In this document: positions 1-10,779 of the stretch, one piece after another | Layout of the letters: each line of letters starts with the position of its first letter | Position numbering within the stretch: the stretch's first letter is position 1 | Source: an uncultured bacterium | Lineage (GTDB): Bacteria > Patescibacteriota > Patescibacteriia > UBA9570 > XYC2-FULL-38-9 | Direction of reading: 5' to 3' | Assembly: GCA_937996685.1 (NCBI GenBank) | Contig: CALKUP010000001.1 | Span: 117,571 to 181,570, forward strand | Length of the DNA: 64,000 nucleotides | Notes under the pieces: generated by a model | The model's database searches: none | Seen by the model: the letters and a program-made list of their open reading frames with translations, nothing else | What the model was told of the DNA's origin: nothing | Made by a program: the position numbers and the translations under genes

Positions 1-2
1 TT

Positions 3-455
3 TTGCCTGCACTGGCCGGCCTCCTGAATGTCGAATGTCAGCGAGTGCCGGCAAGGACTGCGTCGTCGCTGCGCTTCGTGATCGACTTTGACTACGCTGT
101 CACGGCCGGTGAGATCAACCGTGTTTTCGCGGATTTCGCGCAACATAACCCGGACTTGATGCACTTCGAACCGATCCCTGACGATCCTCAAGACAAGTCG
201 CTGTGGAGGCACAGTGGTCACTGCGTCGATCAGCGGTTCTGCGTCTACGTCGACGGACGTTTGACGCAGGTGATACGCCAGGGCAAGAGCGTGGTTGTTA
301 CGGCCTTTTATGACAACCGCGTGGGCTATACGTGGCAGGCGCTCCGCGTCGCCGACTTCTGGGCGGGCAAGCGGCTGGAGCTGGAGGGGCGTGGACTCGC
401 TCTCGAAGAGGTCGGACAGACCTACCCCAGTGCTCGTTCTCAACAACGAGAATAG
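3..455 (+). CDS. Hypothetical protein in GC-rich island A. The 5' end may be truncated by the window edge.
   Basis: The 150-aa ORF runs to the window start. Its GC-rich codon usage is unlike the backbone. No family was recognised. Confidence 0.3.
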   Translation: MPALAGLLNVECQRVPARTASSLRFVIDFDYAVTAGEINRVFADFAQHNPDLMHFEPIPDDPQDKSLWRHSGHCVDQRFCVYVDGRLTQVIRQGKSVVVTAFYDNRVGYTWQALRVADFWAGKRLELEGRGLALEEVGQTYPSARSQQRE

Positions 456-478
456 TCACTGCTTCTCAACGAACCGTA

Positions 479-568
479 CCCTCTCGGAGGCGATAGACAT
501 GCAACACACAGGTATCAACCCTGTACACATGTTAATCGCTTTCGAGACGCTTTTCATTGTGAATAATC
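479..568 (+). repeat. Copy 1 of a ~90-bp imperfect direct repeat (copy 2 at 1094-1183). It sits just downstream of ORF 3..455 and contains a GGAGG SD plus a small ORF at 499..573 (MQHTGINPVHMLIAFETLFIVNNH).
   Basis: The string cctctcggaggcgatagacatgcaacacacaggtatcaaccctgtacacatgttaatcgctttcgagacgcttttcattg recurs with about 5 transitions at 1094. GGAGG lies 8 nt upstream of the ATG. Confidence 0.7.
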
Positions 569-675
569 ATTGATTGTTCATAGCGAATAGTGAAATGGTC
601 TCTATATAATGAACACAATGAGGCTGAATATATTGCCTTGTTTATATTAACAAAACACTGTATGTTTTTTATAGA

Positions 676-1074
676 TTGTACCTTGGAGGTAGCGTGAAGC
701 AACCGACTGTGGATGAGTGCCAGTGGGCAATCCGGATGTTCAGCTGTAAGGAGTCTGATCGCTCGAAGCAGAAATGGCAGGAGCTCTTCCGCTGGTTCGA
801 GGAGGTGACGGATCAGTACAGGGGAGATCAAGAAATGGCCGAATGGGGGGAAAGGATCGCACGGTCCCTCCATCTGGAAGAAGGCCTGACTGAGCACCGC
901 CTCTGGCTCAAGATCTGTCAGGTGCTGTTGGCTAGAGCTGAAGAGTACTGGAAGGCTTTTGATGAAGCTAACCAGGCGTATCGGGGTAGTCCGCGGCGAA
1001 GGCTCCGGGATCAGTTGGGTCCCGGAGGTCGGGTCCTCCGACTGAATCAGATGTGGGAGCTGCTTAACAGGTAA
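676..1074 (+). CDS. Hypothetical protein in GC-rich island A. The start may instead be the GTG at 694, which follows a GGAGG.
   Basis: 132-aa ORF with GC-rich codons. The sequence ggaggtagcGTG lies at 685-696. It is followed immediately by repeat copy 2. Confidence 0.35.
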   Translation: MYLGGSVKQPTVDECQWAIRMFSCKESDRSKQKWQELFRWFEEVTDQYRGDQEMAEWGERIARSLHLEEGLTEHRLWLKICQVLLARAEEYWKAFDEANQAYRGSPRRRLRDQLGPGGRVLRLNQMWELLNR

Positions 1075-1093
1075 AAGATACGCAGCAACACGT

Positions 1094-1183
1094 CCCCTCG
1101 GAGGCGATAGACATGCAATACACAGGCATCAACCCTGTACACATGTTAATCGCTTTCGAGACGCTTTTCATTGCGGATAATGC
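1094..1183 (+). repeat. Copy 2 of the ~90-bp direct repeat. It includes a small ORF at about 1113..1211 (MQYTGINPVHMLIAFETLFIADNAVLSLVKCE) behind a GGAGG SD.
   Basis: About 94% identical to 479-568. The small ORF and SD are conserved, and the differences are mostly transitions. Confidence 0.7.
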
Positions 1184-1356
1184 TGTATTATCCTTAGTGA
1201 AATGCGAATAGATGACTTGTCCCCAGGATGTGCATAACAATGGGGATAACGTGTAAAAAAGGTGGAGAAGAAGGCAGTGTGATTTATACACAAAGGATAA
1301 AAAAGTGACTAAAATCAGCTCTTTTTACAGATATTGACAAATTTTGTAGTTATGCA

Positions 1357-1385
1357 TTGACAGTTATGCACAAAATGCGTATAAT
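1357..1385 (+). promoter_or_regulatory. Sigma70-type promoter (TTGACA-17-TATAAT) upstream of the rpoB leader.
   Basis: ttgaca at 1357-1362, a 17-nt spacer, and tataat at 1380-1385. A second ttgaca sits at 1335. It lies about 300 nt upstream of the rpoB ATG in an AT-rich leader. Confidence 0.5.
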
Positions 1386-1686
1386 CATTGAGATATTCAT
1401 GAATTTGAGCCAGAGTGTCTTGTACCGGTTTTTATCCGTCTGTCGAACGATATTTTCCTAGAAATAGTGAAAAACGTTCGAAAAAACACAATTTTCGTGA
1501 CACACGTCATTTCATAATACAACTGCACAATGAACCGAATCTTTCACAATACGAAAGATCCGGATTTTTGTGTTCTGCGCTGATTTTCGCAGAAAAAGCA
1601 GTATCATGAATAGATGTGTGCGGCGAAAAATAGTCCGTAGGGAAGTGCCTACAATTATATAACTAATTTTTTAAGGTTTACGCTCT

Positions 1687-4600
1687 ATGCCCAAACAAGC
1701 GCAATCACCTGCCACAACAGTGGCACACACTGACCCGGTAACCGGTCGTCTGTACTTTACTGATCCAAGTGAAGCAACAGAAATGCCAAATCTGATTGAA
1801 TCCCAAAAGGCTTCATATGATTGGTTTTTGGAAAAAGGTCTTCGTGAGTTATTTGATGAAGTAACACCAATCACTGATTTTTCTGATCGTGATTTAGAGT
1901 TGCATTTCATGGACTATTATCTTGATGAGCCACGATTTGACGAAGTAACAGCAAAAGCGAAGAATTTGACGTTTGAAGCAGCGCTTCGTGTCAACACAAA
2001 GCTCGTCAACAAGCGATCAAATGAAATTAAAGAACAAGAAGTCTTTTTGGGCGACTTTCCATTGATGACTGATCGCGGAACGTTCATTATTAATGGTATT
2101 GAACGTGTTGTTGTTTCACAGCTCATCCGTTCAGCTGGTGTGTTTTTCACTTCAAATTTCTTGAAAGGAAACTTTTACTACGGTGCAAAAATTATTCCAA
2201 ACCGTGGTGCGTGGCTTGAAGTTGAAACAAATCATGACAATGTGATCTATGTAAAAGTAGACCGTAAACGGAAAGTAGCGATTACTGCATTGTTACGTGC
2301 TTTTGGGTACAGCACAGATGAAGAAATCATGGAATTGTTCAAAGATGTTGATACAAATCCAAACAATCAATACATTGCTGCGACATTAGAAAAAGATATT
2401 TCAAAAAACGAAGCAGAAGGTTTGAAAGAAGTGTACAAACGTATTCGTCCAGGTGATCTCGCGACAGTTGATAACGCTCGTTCATTAATTCACGCAATGT
2501 TCTTCAACTTCGATCGTTATGATTTTGGTCGCGTTGGTCGATACAAATTGAACAAACGTTTTGGATTTGATGATGTAGAAAATATTCCAGATAACCGTGT
2601 ATTGCGTCGTGAAGACATTGTTGCAATCATTTCTGAAATCATTCGTTTGAACAATAGCCAAGAACAACCAGATGATATTGACCATCTTGGAAATCGCCGT
2701 ATTCGTGCCGTTGGTGAATTAGTACAAAACAAATTCCGCATTGGACTTTCACGTATGGAACGCATTGTGAAAGATCGTATGTCAACGAAAGATGTTGAAA
2801 CACTCACTCCTGGTGTGTTGATTAACGCTCGTCCAGTCATTGGTGCAGTGAAAGAATTTTTCATGAGTTCACAGCTCTCACAATTCATGGACCAAACAAA
2901 TCCACTGGCAGAACTTGAACATAAACGTCGTTTGAATGCGATGGGTCCGGGCGGTCTATCTCGTGAACGCGCAGGTTTTGAAGTTCGTGATGTACATCGT
3001 ACTCATTATGGTCGTATTTGTCCGATTGCGACTCCTGAAGGTCCAAATATTGGTCTCGTTGGTCACATGAGTTCATTTGCGCGTATTAATGATTTCGGTT
3101 TCCTCGAAACTCCATTCCGCAAAGTCGTCAAAGAAAAAGATGGTCGGATGCGAGTGACTGATGAAATTGTCTATCTTGATTCATTCGAAGAAGAAAAAAG
3201 TACAACAACAGCTGCAACAACACAGATTGATGCTGATGGGTATTTCCTCGTTGAAAAAGCGGAAGTGCGTCACCACATGCAACCGACAATTATGGATGTC
3301 ACAGAAATTGAATACATGGACGTGTCTCCAAAACAAATCATTTCTATCTCAACAGCCTTGATTCCATTCTTGGAACATAATGATGCGGTTCGTGCATTGA
3401 TGGGTACAAACATGCAACGCCAAGCAGTTCCAACCATTAAACCACAAGCACCGATCGTCGGAACAGGCGTTGAACTTCGTGCGGCAAAAGATTCTGGACA
3501 AGTAGCGGTTGCAACCGAAGATGGTGTTGTTGAACACGTTCAAGCGAATAAAGTCACAATCAAAGAAAAATCTGGTGGATACAAAGAATACCATTTGAAA
3601 TCATTCCAACGTTCAAATGCGTCAACATCGATTAACCAAAAACCAATTGTGTCTGTTGGTCAAAAGATCAAAAAAGGTGACATCTTAGCAGACGGTGCGT
3701 CAACCCAAGGCGGTGAGCTCGCGATTGGTCAAAACGTTGTCGTGGCATATATGCCATGGGAAGGGGGTAACTATGAAGATGCGATTTTGCTTTCTGAACG
3801 GTTAGTACAAAATGATCGCTACACATCAATTCATATCGAGGATTACACAATCGATGTGCGTGATACAAAGCTTGGGCCTGAGGTGATCACTCGTGATATC
3901 CCAAATGTGTCTGAAGATAAATTGAAGAACTTGGATGAAAACGGCATTATCCGAATCGGCGCGCAAGTTGGTAGTGGTGACATCTTGGTTGGAAAAATTA
4001 CTCCAAAAGGTGAAACAGAATTGTCAGCAGAAGAAAAATTATTGCGTGCGATTTTCGGTGATAAAGCCAAAGATGTAAAAGATAGTTCATTGTATCTATC
4101 ACATGGTGAACACGGAAAGGTTGTTGATGTAAAAATCTTCAGTAAAGAAAAAGGTGATAAATTGCCAGCTGGTGTGACACAAAGTATTCAAATCAGTATT
4201 GCACAACTGCGTAAAATCCAAGTTGGTGACAAAATGGCTGGACGTCATGGAAACAAAGGTGTTATCTCACGTATTGTTCCAGTTGAAGACATGCCATATC
4301 TCGCTGACGGAACACCAGTTGATATCATTTTGAACCCACTCGGTGTCGTGTCTCGTATGAACTTGGGTCAAATTTTGGAAGCCCATCTCGGTCTTGCGGC
4401 TCGTAGTCTCGGTTACACTGTTGCAACACCGCCATTTGCCGGCATTCCAGCAGAAGTGATTCGTGATGAATTAGAAAAAGCTGGTTTCCCACGTGAAGGT
4501 CGAATCCCTCTACATGATGGTCGTACTGGTGAAAAGTTTGATCAACTCGTGATGTGTGGTGTGTCATACATGTTGAAATTGAATCACATGGTTGAAGACA

Positions 4601-5049
4601 AGATCCATCAACGTTCAATTGGGCCATACAGTCTTGTGACACAACAACCTCTCGGTGGTAAAGCACAATTTGGTGGACAACGTTTCGGAGAAATGGAAGT
4701 GTGGGCGTTGCAAGCATATGGCGCGGCATACACATTGCAAGAAATGTTGACAATTAAATCCGATGATGTTCCAGGTCGTTCAAAAGCATACGAAAGTATC
4801 ATTAAGAGCGAGCCGATCCGAATGCAAAATGTTCCAGAATCATTCAATGTCTTAGTTCGAGAATTGAAAGGCCTCGCCCTTGATGTCGAATTATTGAATG
4901 ATGACGGCGAAGCAATTGATGACCTTGAAGACAAGCCGAAATATGTTGCGCCACCGGAAGCAGCGAACGAATATTCTGAAGATGAAGGTATCATCAAAGT
5001 TGATCGGGACGCTGATATCGATGAGCCCGCTGAAGACGACTTGAAATAA
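1687..5049 (+). CDS. rpoB: DNA-directed RNA polymerase beta subunit.
   Basis: 1120 aa. It carries the hallmark rifampicin-region and catalytic motifs ([45 protein letters not shown]) and is followed directly by rpoC. Confidence 0.97.
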   Translation: MPKQAQSPATTVAHTDPVTGRLYFTDPSEATEMPNLIESQKASYDWFLEKGLRELFDEVTPITDFSDRDLELHFMDYYLDEPRFDEVTAKAKNLTFEAALRVNTKLVNKRSNEIKEQEVFLGDFPLMTDRGTFIINGIERVVVSQLIRSAGVFFTSNFLKGNFYYGAKIIPNRGAWLEVETNHDNVIYVKVDRKRKVAITALLRAFGYSTDEEIMELFKDVDTNPNNQYIAATLEKDISKNEAEGLKEVYKRIRPGDLATVDNARSLIHAMFFNFDRYDFGRVGRYKLNKRFGFDDVENIPDNRVLRREDIVAIISEIIRLNNSQEQPDDIDHLGNRRIRAVGELVQNKFRIGLSRMERIVKDRMSTKDVETLTPGVLINARPVIGAVKEFFMSSQLSQFMDQTNPLAELEHKRRLNAMGPGGLSRERAGFEVRDVHRTHYGRICPIATPEGPNIGLVGHMSSFARINDFGFLETPFRKVVKEKDGRMRVTDEIVYLDSFEEEKSTTTAATTQIDADGYFLVEKAEVRHHMQPTIMDVTEIEYMDVSPKQIISISTALIPFLEHNDAVRALMGTNMQRQAVPTIKPQAPIVGTGVELRAAKDSGQVAVATEDGVVEHVQANKVTIKEKSGGYKEYHLKSFQRSNASTSINQKPIVSVGQKIKKGDILADGASTQGGELAIGQNVVVAYMPWEGGNYEDAILLSERLVQNDRYTSIHIEDYTIDVRDTKLGPEVITRDIPNVSEDKLKNLDENGIIRIGAQVGSGDILVGKITPKGETELSAEEKLLRAIFGDKAKDVKDSSLYLSHGEHGKVVDVKIFSKEKGDKLPAGVTQSIQISIAQLRKIQVGDKMAGRHGNKGVISRIVPVEDMPYLADGTPVDIILNPLGVVSRMNLGQILEAHLGLAARSLGYTVATPPFAGIPAEVIRDELEKAGFPREGRIPLHDGRTGEKFDQLVMCGVSYMLKLNHMVEDKIHQRSIGPYSLVTQQPLGGKAQFGGQRFGEMEVWALQAYGAAYTLQEMLTIKSDDVPGRSKAYESIIKSEPIRMQNVPESFNVLVRELKGLALDVELLNDDGEAIDDLEDKPKYVAPPEAANEYSEDEGIIKVDRDADIDEPAEDDLK

Positions 5050-5075
5050 TCAATTGAATTTAAGAAAATACGCCT

Positions 5076-8000
5076 ATGTCATTTTACGAAAATACAACTC
5101 GCGTCGCTGATTTTTCTGCCATTCGATTGAAACTCGCGTCGCCAGAAGAAATCCGTAGTTGGTCCCACGGGGAAGTGATTCGTCCGGAAACAATTAACTA
5201 CCGAACGCAAAAACCAGAAAAAGATGGTTTGTTCTGTGAAAAGATTTTTGGTCCGTCAAAGGATTGGGAATGTTATTGTGGAAAATACAAACGGATTCGT
5301 TATAAAGGAATCGTTTGTGATAAGTGTCATGTTGAAGTGACACGTGCTGTTGTGCGTCGTGAACGCATGGGGCACATTAACCTTGCAGCTCCAGTATCAC
5401 ACATCTGGTTCTTGCGTGGCGTGCCAAGTAAAATCGGTTTGTTGTTGAACTTGTCAGCTCAAGCGTTAGAAAAAGTTGTGTACTTTGCAAACTTTATCGT
5501 GACTGATGTCAACGAAGAATTGCGAACACAAACATTGGAACAAGTAGAACAAGAACTTGATCAAAAGAAAAAGCAGATCAAAGCAGACGCAACAGCAAAA
5601 GTTGCTGAAGTGAAAAAACGTCGTGAAGTTGCGACAAAAACTGCCGGCGGTAAATTGTCTGCAAAAGAAGATCAAGCGTTTGAACAAGAATTGGTCAATC
5701 TGTCTGTCATGCGTGACGAACAATTGAAAGATTTGGATGACGCTGCATCTGTTGCAACCAAAGAATTGCGCACATTGATGGTGCATCAAATTTTGTCTGA
5801 AAGTGAATACTACGACATGTCATTGAAATACGGTCACGTGTTCGATGCTGGTATTGGTGCAGAAGCAGTGAAAACATTGCTTGAGCGTATTGATTTGGCA
5901 GAAATGCAAACAGCGCTTGAAGCAGAGTTACTCACAGCAACAAAGAACCAATCAAGTCGTGTGTTGCGTCGTTTGAAATTAACAAAGAACTTGATCAAAA
6001 ACAGTTTGCGTCCTGAATGGATGATCATGGATGTGATTCCAGTGATCCCACCAGACATTCGTCCAATGGTGCAATTGGATGGTGGTCGTTTCGCTGCATC
6101 TGATTTGAACGATCTCTATCGTCGTGTGATTAACCGTAACAACCGTTTGAAACGTTTGAAAGAATTGAATGCACCAGAAGTGATTCAACGAAATGAAAAA
6201 CGTATGTTGCAAGAAGCGGTTGATGCATTGATTGATAACTCTGCGCGTCACGGAAAAACTGTGACATCTTCAACTGGTCAAAAACGCCAATTGAAATCAA
6301 TGGCTGACATGTTGAAAGGGAAACAAGGTCGTTTCCGTCAAAACTTGCTCGGTAAACGTGTTGATTATTCTGGTCGTTCAGTTATCGTCGTCGGTCCACA
6401 TTTGAAACTCTACCAATGTGGTTTACCAAAACGTATGGCGCTTGAATTGTTCAAATCATTCGTGATTGCGAAATTGATTGAACGCGAATATGTCTACAAC
6501 GTTCGTAGTGCAAACCGCTTCATCGAATCAGATCGTCCAGAAGTGTGGGACATTCTCGAAGAGGTGACAATGGACGCAACTGTTCTCTTGAACCGTGCTC
6601 CAACCCTCCATCGTCTTGGTATTCAAGCTTTCCAACCAATCTTGATTGAAGGTAAAGCGATCCAAGTGCATCCACTCGTCTGTCCAGCGTTTAATGCTGA
6701 CTTTGATGGTGACCAAATGGCTGTTCACGTTCCTCTTTCAACAGAGGCTCGTCAAGAAGCAAAAGATTTGATGCTCGCGTCACATAACTTGCTCAAACCA
6801 GCAACTGGTGAACCGATTGTGACCCCATCACAAGACATTGTCCTTGGTTCATATTACCTCACAGTCATGCGCGACAAAGAAGAGGATGACAAACGTCATC
6901 TTGCATTCGCGTCTATCGAAGAAGCATTATTTGCACAACAAGTTGGTCGTATCCATTTGCAAGATCCTATTACTGTAAAAATGGACGGCGCTATTGTTCA
7001 AACAACAGCTGGTCGTATTATTTTCAACAGTATCTTGCCTGAAGTGCAACGCTTCATGAATACGGTTGTTGATAAAAAAGTTTTGAAAGACATCATTGCT
7101 GAATGTTTAGCAGTGTCTGGTCCTGATACAACAGTGAAATTGTTGGATGATGTAAAAGATGTTGCGATTGAATACATTACAAAATCTGGTATCTCATGGG
7201 GTATGGATGACGTGATGGTTCCAGAAGCAAAAGCTGGTTTGATTCACGCTGCAAATGTGAAAGTTGAAGAAATTCAACACAACTACATGATGGGTCTTCT
7301 CACTGAAGAAGAACGTCGTGCGAAAGTTGTTGAAGTATGGACACAAACAAAAGAAGTGATCACTGACGAAGTGCAAAAAACATTGCCAGTGAAAGGCTCA
7401 GTGTTTGCCATGATTGACTCTGGTGCTCGTGGTTCATGGGGTCAAACAACTCAGATGATGGGTATGAAAGGTCTCGTGATTAACCCGTCTGGTGAAACAA
7501 TCGAATTGCCAGTCAAGGCGTCCTTTAAAGAAGGGTTCGATGTATTGGAATACTTTATTTCAACGCATGGTGCTCGTAAAGGTTTAACTGATACCGCGCT
7601 TCGTACGGCGAATGCTGGATACCTGACTCGTCGTTTGGTTGATGTTGCCCAAGATGTTGTTGTTGCAACAGAAGATTGTGGAACAGAACACGGCTTCGAA
7701 ATCACACAAACAGAATCTGAAGCAATGAACGAAACATTGCAAAATCGTTTGTGGGGTCGTATGCTCGCGAAAGATCTTCTTGATACAAAAGGTAAAATTG
7801 TCTTTGTAAAAGGAACCTTGATCCAAGCAGCTGAAATGGAAGTGTTGAAAAAAGCTGATATCGAAACAGCGGTGATCCGTTCAGTTCTCGCGTGTCGCCA
7901 AGACCGTGGTGTGTGTCAGTTCTGTTATGGTTTCGATCTATCAAACAATCGACTTGCTGAACTTGGAACAGCTGCCGGTGTTATGGCCGCGCAATCCATT

Positions 8001-8990
8001 GGTGAACCTGGAACACAGCTGACGATGCGTACCTTCCATACTGGTGGTGTTGCAGGAGCTGATATTACACAAGGTTTGCCTCGTGTTGAAGAATTGTTTG
8101 AAGCCCGTCAATTGAAACGCTCAGCAATTGTTGCCGATGTTGATGGTCAAGTACGAGATATCGTGAAAGAAAACGGACAATACATCATCAATGTTGCATA
8201 CACTGCAGATGTTGAAGAAAAATATACCGTCAAAAAAGCAGACAAATTACACATTGCTGATGGCGATGCAGTGAAAAAAGGCCAAGCGTTGTTTGATAAC
8301 GCAGATGGTACAGTGAAAGCTCGTATTGCTGGTAAAGTGAAGATTGATAAAACAAAAATCTCACTCTACGGTTCAGAAGAAAAAATCCGTGAATACCCAG
8401 TTGTTCCAGGATATAGTGTGTGGGTTGCGGCTGGTGAAACAATTGTTGCTGGTCAACAGTTAACAGAAGGTTCTCTCGACTTATATGAATTGCAAGCGTT
8501 GCAAGGCATCGAAGCTGTACAAAAATACATCATTAAAGAAATTCAATATGTATACAGCTCTCAAGGTCAAAACTTGAATGACAAGCATATTGAGGTGATT
8601 ATCCGCCAAATGCTTGCTCGTTTCAAAGTCTTGGATCCAAAGGGAACTGACCTCGTGACTGGAGATGTTGTGTCTCGTGCAGCACTTGGAACAGCAAATG
8701 TTGAAGCTGGTAAAGGAAAAGAAGCGCTTGTAGAACCAGTATTACTCGGTATTACAAAAGCATCTTTGACAGTCGATTCATTCTTGTCAGCAGCGTCTTT
8801 CCAAGAAACAGCGCGTATCTTAATTGATGCAGCGGTTTCCGGAAAAGTTGATAACCTCAGAGGTTTGAAAGAAAACGTTATTATCGGAAAATTGATCCCA
8901 GTTGGAACAGGTTTCCGTGCGCGTTTGAAAGATGCTGAAGCAGCAGAAGCTGCTGCAAAAGCAAGTGAAACAGAAGAAGTTGCGTCGTAA
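5076..8990 (+). CDS. rpoC: DNA-directed RNA polymerase beta' subunit.
   Basis: 1304 aa. It has the N-terminal zinc-finger cysteines (CYCGKYKRIRYKGIVCDKC), the NADFDGD catalytic motif and the typical RpoC C-terminus. Confidence 0.97.
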   Translation: MSFYENTTRVADFSAIRLKLASPEEIRSWSHGEVIRPETINYRTQKPEKDGLFCEKIFGPSKDWECYCGKYKRIRYKGIVCDKCHVEVTRAVVRRERMGHINLAAPVSHIWFLRGVPSKIGLLLNLSAQALEKVVYFANFIVTDVNEELRTQTLEQVEQELDQKKKQIKADATAKVAEVKKRREVATKTAGGKLSAKEDQAFEQELVNLSVMRDEQLKDLDDAASVATKELRTLMVHQILSESEYYDMSLKYGHVFDAGIGAEAVKTLLERIDLAEMQTALEAELLTATKNQSSRVLRRLKLTKNLIKNSLRPEWMIMDVIPVIPPDIRPMVQLDGGRFAASDLNDLYRRVINRNNRLKRLKELNAPEVIQRNEKRMLQEAVDALIDNSARHGKTVTSSTGQKRQLKSMADMLKGKQGRFRQNLLGKRVDYSGRSVIVVGPHLKLYQCGLPKRMALELFKSFVIAKLIEREYVYNVRSANRFIESDRPEVWDILEEVTMDATVLLNRAPTLHRLGIQAFQPILIEGKAIQVHPLVCPAFNADFDGDQMAVHVPLSTEARQEAKDLMLASHNLLKPATGEPIVTPSQDIVLGSYYLTVMRDKEEDDKRHLAFASIEEALFAQQVGRIHLQDPITVKMDGAIVQTTAGRIIFNSILPEVQRFMNTVVDKKVLKDIIAECLAVSGPDTTVKLLDDVKDVAIEYITKSGISWGMDDVMVPEAKAGLIHAANVKVEEIQHNYMMGLLTEEERRAKVVEVWTQTKEVITDEVQKTLPVKGSVFAMIDSGARGSWGQTTQMMGMKGLVINPSGETIELPVKASFKEGFDVLEYFISTHGARKGLTDTALRTANAGYLTRRLVDVAQDVVVATEDCGTEHGFEITQTESEAMNETLQNRLWGRMLAKDLLDTKGKIVFVKGTLIQAAEMEVLKKADIETAVIRSVLACRQDRGVCQFCYGFDLSNNRLAELGTAAGVMAAQSIGEPGTQLTMRTFHTGGVAGADITQGLPRVEELFEARQLKRSAIVADVDGQVRDIVKENGQYIINVAYTADVEEKYTVKKADKLHIADGDAVKKGQALFDNADGTVKARIAGKVKIDKTKISLYGSEEKIREYPVVPGYSVWVAAGETIVAGQQLTEGSLDLYELQALQGIEAVQKYIIKEIQYVYSSQGQNLNDKHIEVIIRQMLARFKVLDPKGTDLVTGDVVSRAALGTANVEAGKGKEALVEPVLLGITKASLTVDSFLSAASFQETARILIDAAVSGKVDNLRGLKENVIIGKLIPVGTGFRARLKDAEAAEAAAKASETEEVAS

Positions 8991-9015
8991 TTGATTGCGA
9001 TACAACAGAAAAAAA

Positions 9016-9041
9016 GCCAGGGTATGTCCCTGGTTTTTTTG
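9016..9041 (+). terminator. Rho-independent terminator after rpoC.
   Basis: Stem gccaggg / ccctggc with loop tatgt, followed by a T7 run. Confidence 0.7.
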
Positions 9042-9057
9042 TATTCAAACAACAAAC

Positions 9058-9086
9058 TGGACAAACGCGATATTTTTTGCTATAAT
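9058..9086 (+). promoter_or_regulatory. Sigma70-like promoter (TGGACA-17-TATAAT) for the downstream gene.
   Basis: tggaca at 9058-9063, a 17-nt spacer, and tataat at 9081-9086. It sits about 20 nt upstream of the ATG at 9108. Confidence 0.5.
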
Positions 9087-9107
9087 GTATTTATAAATTG
9101 CAATTCC

Positions 9108-10769
9108 ATGAGCATTCCAGCACAACAATCCGAATCACTGGTTTCTGAACTACAAAGCGTGCTTGCAAAAATTATTGCGGAAACAAATGGTATCGCCTTG
9201 CGCAGTACCCTTGATTTATTGCAACAATCACCGGTTGATGCATTTTCTTCCGATGCGCACCGTGCAATTGATGAGTTTTCTAAACTTCTAACAGCATTTC
9301 AAATTCGCCACGTTCCTATTGAGCAAGTCCTTGAGCATCCGTTTGCAGAGGCGTTATTTAATTATTTTCACGATTTCGGACTGCATTTTCAAGAGCACCA
9401 CACGCATTTGACCGGCGCGCTTGATGAGTCATTTGTGTTTCCGCGATTGCAAGAGGCGCTTGCAGGGCCGCACGGCGCGCAAATTGCCGAGCAAATTCGA
9501 GAAGTGTACGGCATTGATGCGAGTACATTGAAGACACCAGAAGATATCAGCGCGCTGATTCGATTGCGTGATGATGAGTCAGACCAGCCATTTGTGCAGT
9601 ATTTGCGAAAAATGTTGCTCACAAAAGTGGTGCTGACAACCAAGCAAGCGCATCACGACGCGGCATATCATATGGCAGAGAGGTTGTGGAATGAAGCCAA
9701 TGTTGGGTTTATTCGTTTGAAATGGTCATTTTCTCGCGCAAACTCCACTGGAGCTGCTGAGGAAATTCCTGGAATGGAGCATTTATCGTCTGAAGATATT
9801 ACCGTTGCGCTGTATGAAGGTTTCCGTGATTTTCAATCCAAGCATCCAGGCTTTTCATTTGAACTCGCGCCATCGTTTCGTAAAGAATTAGATTACTTTG
9901 ATACAAGTCGTTTTCAAGACAAGCAAGAAGATATCAATAATCAGGTGAATGAAATTTTAGCGATTATTGATCGTCATCCAGAGCTTGCTGCGGTGATGAC
10001 GTCGGTTGATACGGTTGGAAATGAAATGCATTTTTATAGCAAAGAAAATTACATGGCATTTAAGGCGGCATTTCGAAAATTGCAATTTCGTGGTTTTAAA
10101 ATCCGTAGTCATCACGGCGAAACATGGTACACATTGCGTCGCGGTATCCAATCAGTTGATAATGCGCTCAATATTTGGTCTATTGATGCGGTGGAACATG
10201 GCGTTGCGCTTGGGATTAACCCGAATTATTATTTTCATCGCTTATTTCAAGAAGCGCTTGAATATAACGTTCAACAAAAACCAATCGCTGAAGGAACGAG
10301 TTTGTGGCGTGAATTGTCTGACATGGATTGGCGCTCAGACGGCCATGTACTGACAAAATTATTACAAGGTGACCTATTGTCAGACGAAGATCGTACTGCA
10401 TTTATTAAAACAAAGTTTCACACATCCCGGGAAGTCGAGCGGTATCAACATGATATTTTAAATCGGATGATTGATACTGGGGTTGAATTAGTGTCGCTGC
10501 CATCATCAAACTATAAACTGACAACCCAATTTGGTGATTATAAAGAACATCCATTTTCTTGGTGGGAGAAAAAAGGCATGGAATTGAGTATCGGAACAGA
10601 TAATTATGTCTTGCTCAATTCAAATATTATTCGTGAAATGTTGATTTTATTATTTACTGATCCGGAAGGATTGAAGCTGACAAAATTGCTCATGGTTGCA
10701 ACTGGTGAGCACCGTCGTCCCTATATGAGTAGTGTTTTGTGGGACATGCGTCGCGATAAAGGGATTTAA
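9108..10769 (+). CDS. Adenosine/AMP deaminase-family (metal-dependent amidohydrolase) protein. The ORF-track start at 8991 lies inside the rpoC terminator, so the in-frame ATG at 9108 after the promoter is preferred.
   Basis: Motif order matches the ADA family by eye: HTHLTG (HxH metal site), SHHGETW (HAGE-like), IDAVEHGVAL, and LSIGTDNYVL (TDD-like). At 554 aa it is longer than canonical ADA. Confidence 0.45.
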   Translation: MSIPAQQSESLVSELQSVLAKIIAETNGIALRSTLDLLQQSPVDAFSSDAHRAIDEFSKLLTAFQIRHVPIEQVLEHPFAEALFNYFHDFGLHFQEHHTHLTGALDESFVFPRLQEALAGPHGAQIAEQIREVYGIDASTLKTPEDISALIRLRDDESDQPFVQYLRKMLLTKVVLTTKQAHHDAAYHMAERLWNEANVGFIRLKWSFSRANSTGAAEEIPGMEHLSSEDITVALYEGFRDFQSKHPGFSFELAPSFRKELDYFDTSRFQDKQEDINNQVNEILAIIDRHPELAAVMTSVDTVGNEMHFYSKENYMAFKAAFRKLQFRGFKIRSHHGETWYTLRRGIQSVDNALNIWSIDAVEHGVALGINPNYYFHRLFQEALEYNVQQKPIAEGTSLWRELSDMDWRSDGHVLTKLLQGDLLSDEDRTAFIKTKFHTSREVERYQHDILNRMIDTGVELVSLPSSNYKLTTQFGDYKEHPFSWWEKKGMELSIGTDNYVLLNSNIIREMLILLFTDPEGLKLTKLLMVATGEHRRPYMSSVLWDMRRDKGI

Positions 10770-10779
10770 TACAATTGCC

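Noticed and set aside
479-1183. The 90-bp repeat pair was considered as a diversity-generating-retroelement TR/VR pair.
   Set aside because: The mismatches are transitions at mixed bases, not adenine-specific. No reverse-transcriptase gene is present in the window.
1415-1609. A 64-aa ORF lies in the rpoB leader.
   Set aside because: It has no SD and sits in a region better explained as a 5' UTR/leader with hairpins. Its composition is arbitrary.
8991-9107. ORF-track start at 8991 for the gene after rpoC.
   Set aside because: The 8991-9107 segment contains the rpoC terminator hairpin and a TGGACA-17-TATAAT promoter. The in-frame ATG at 9108 is the plausible start.
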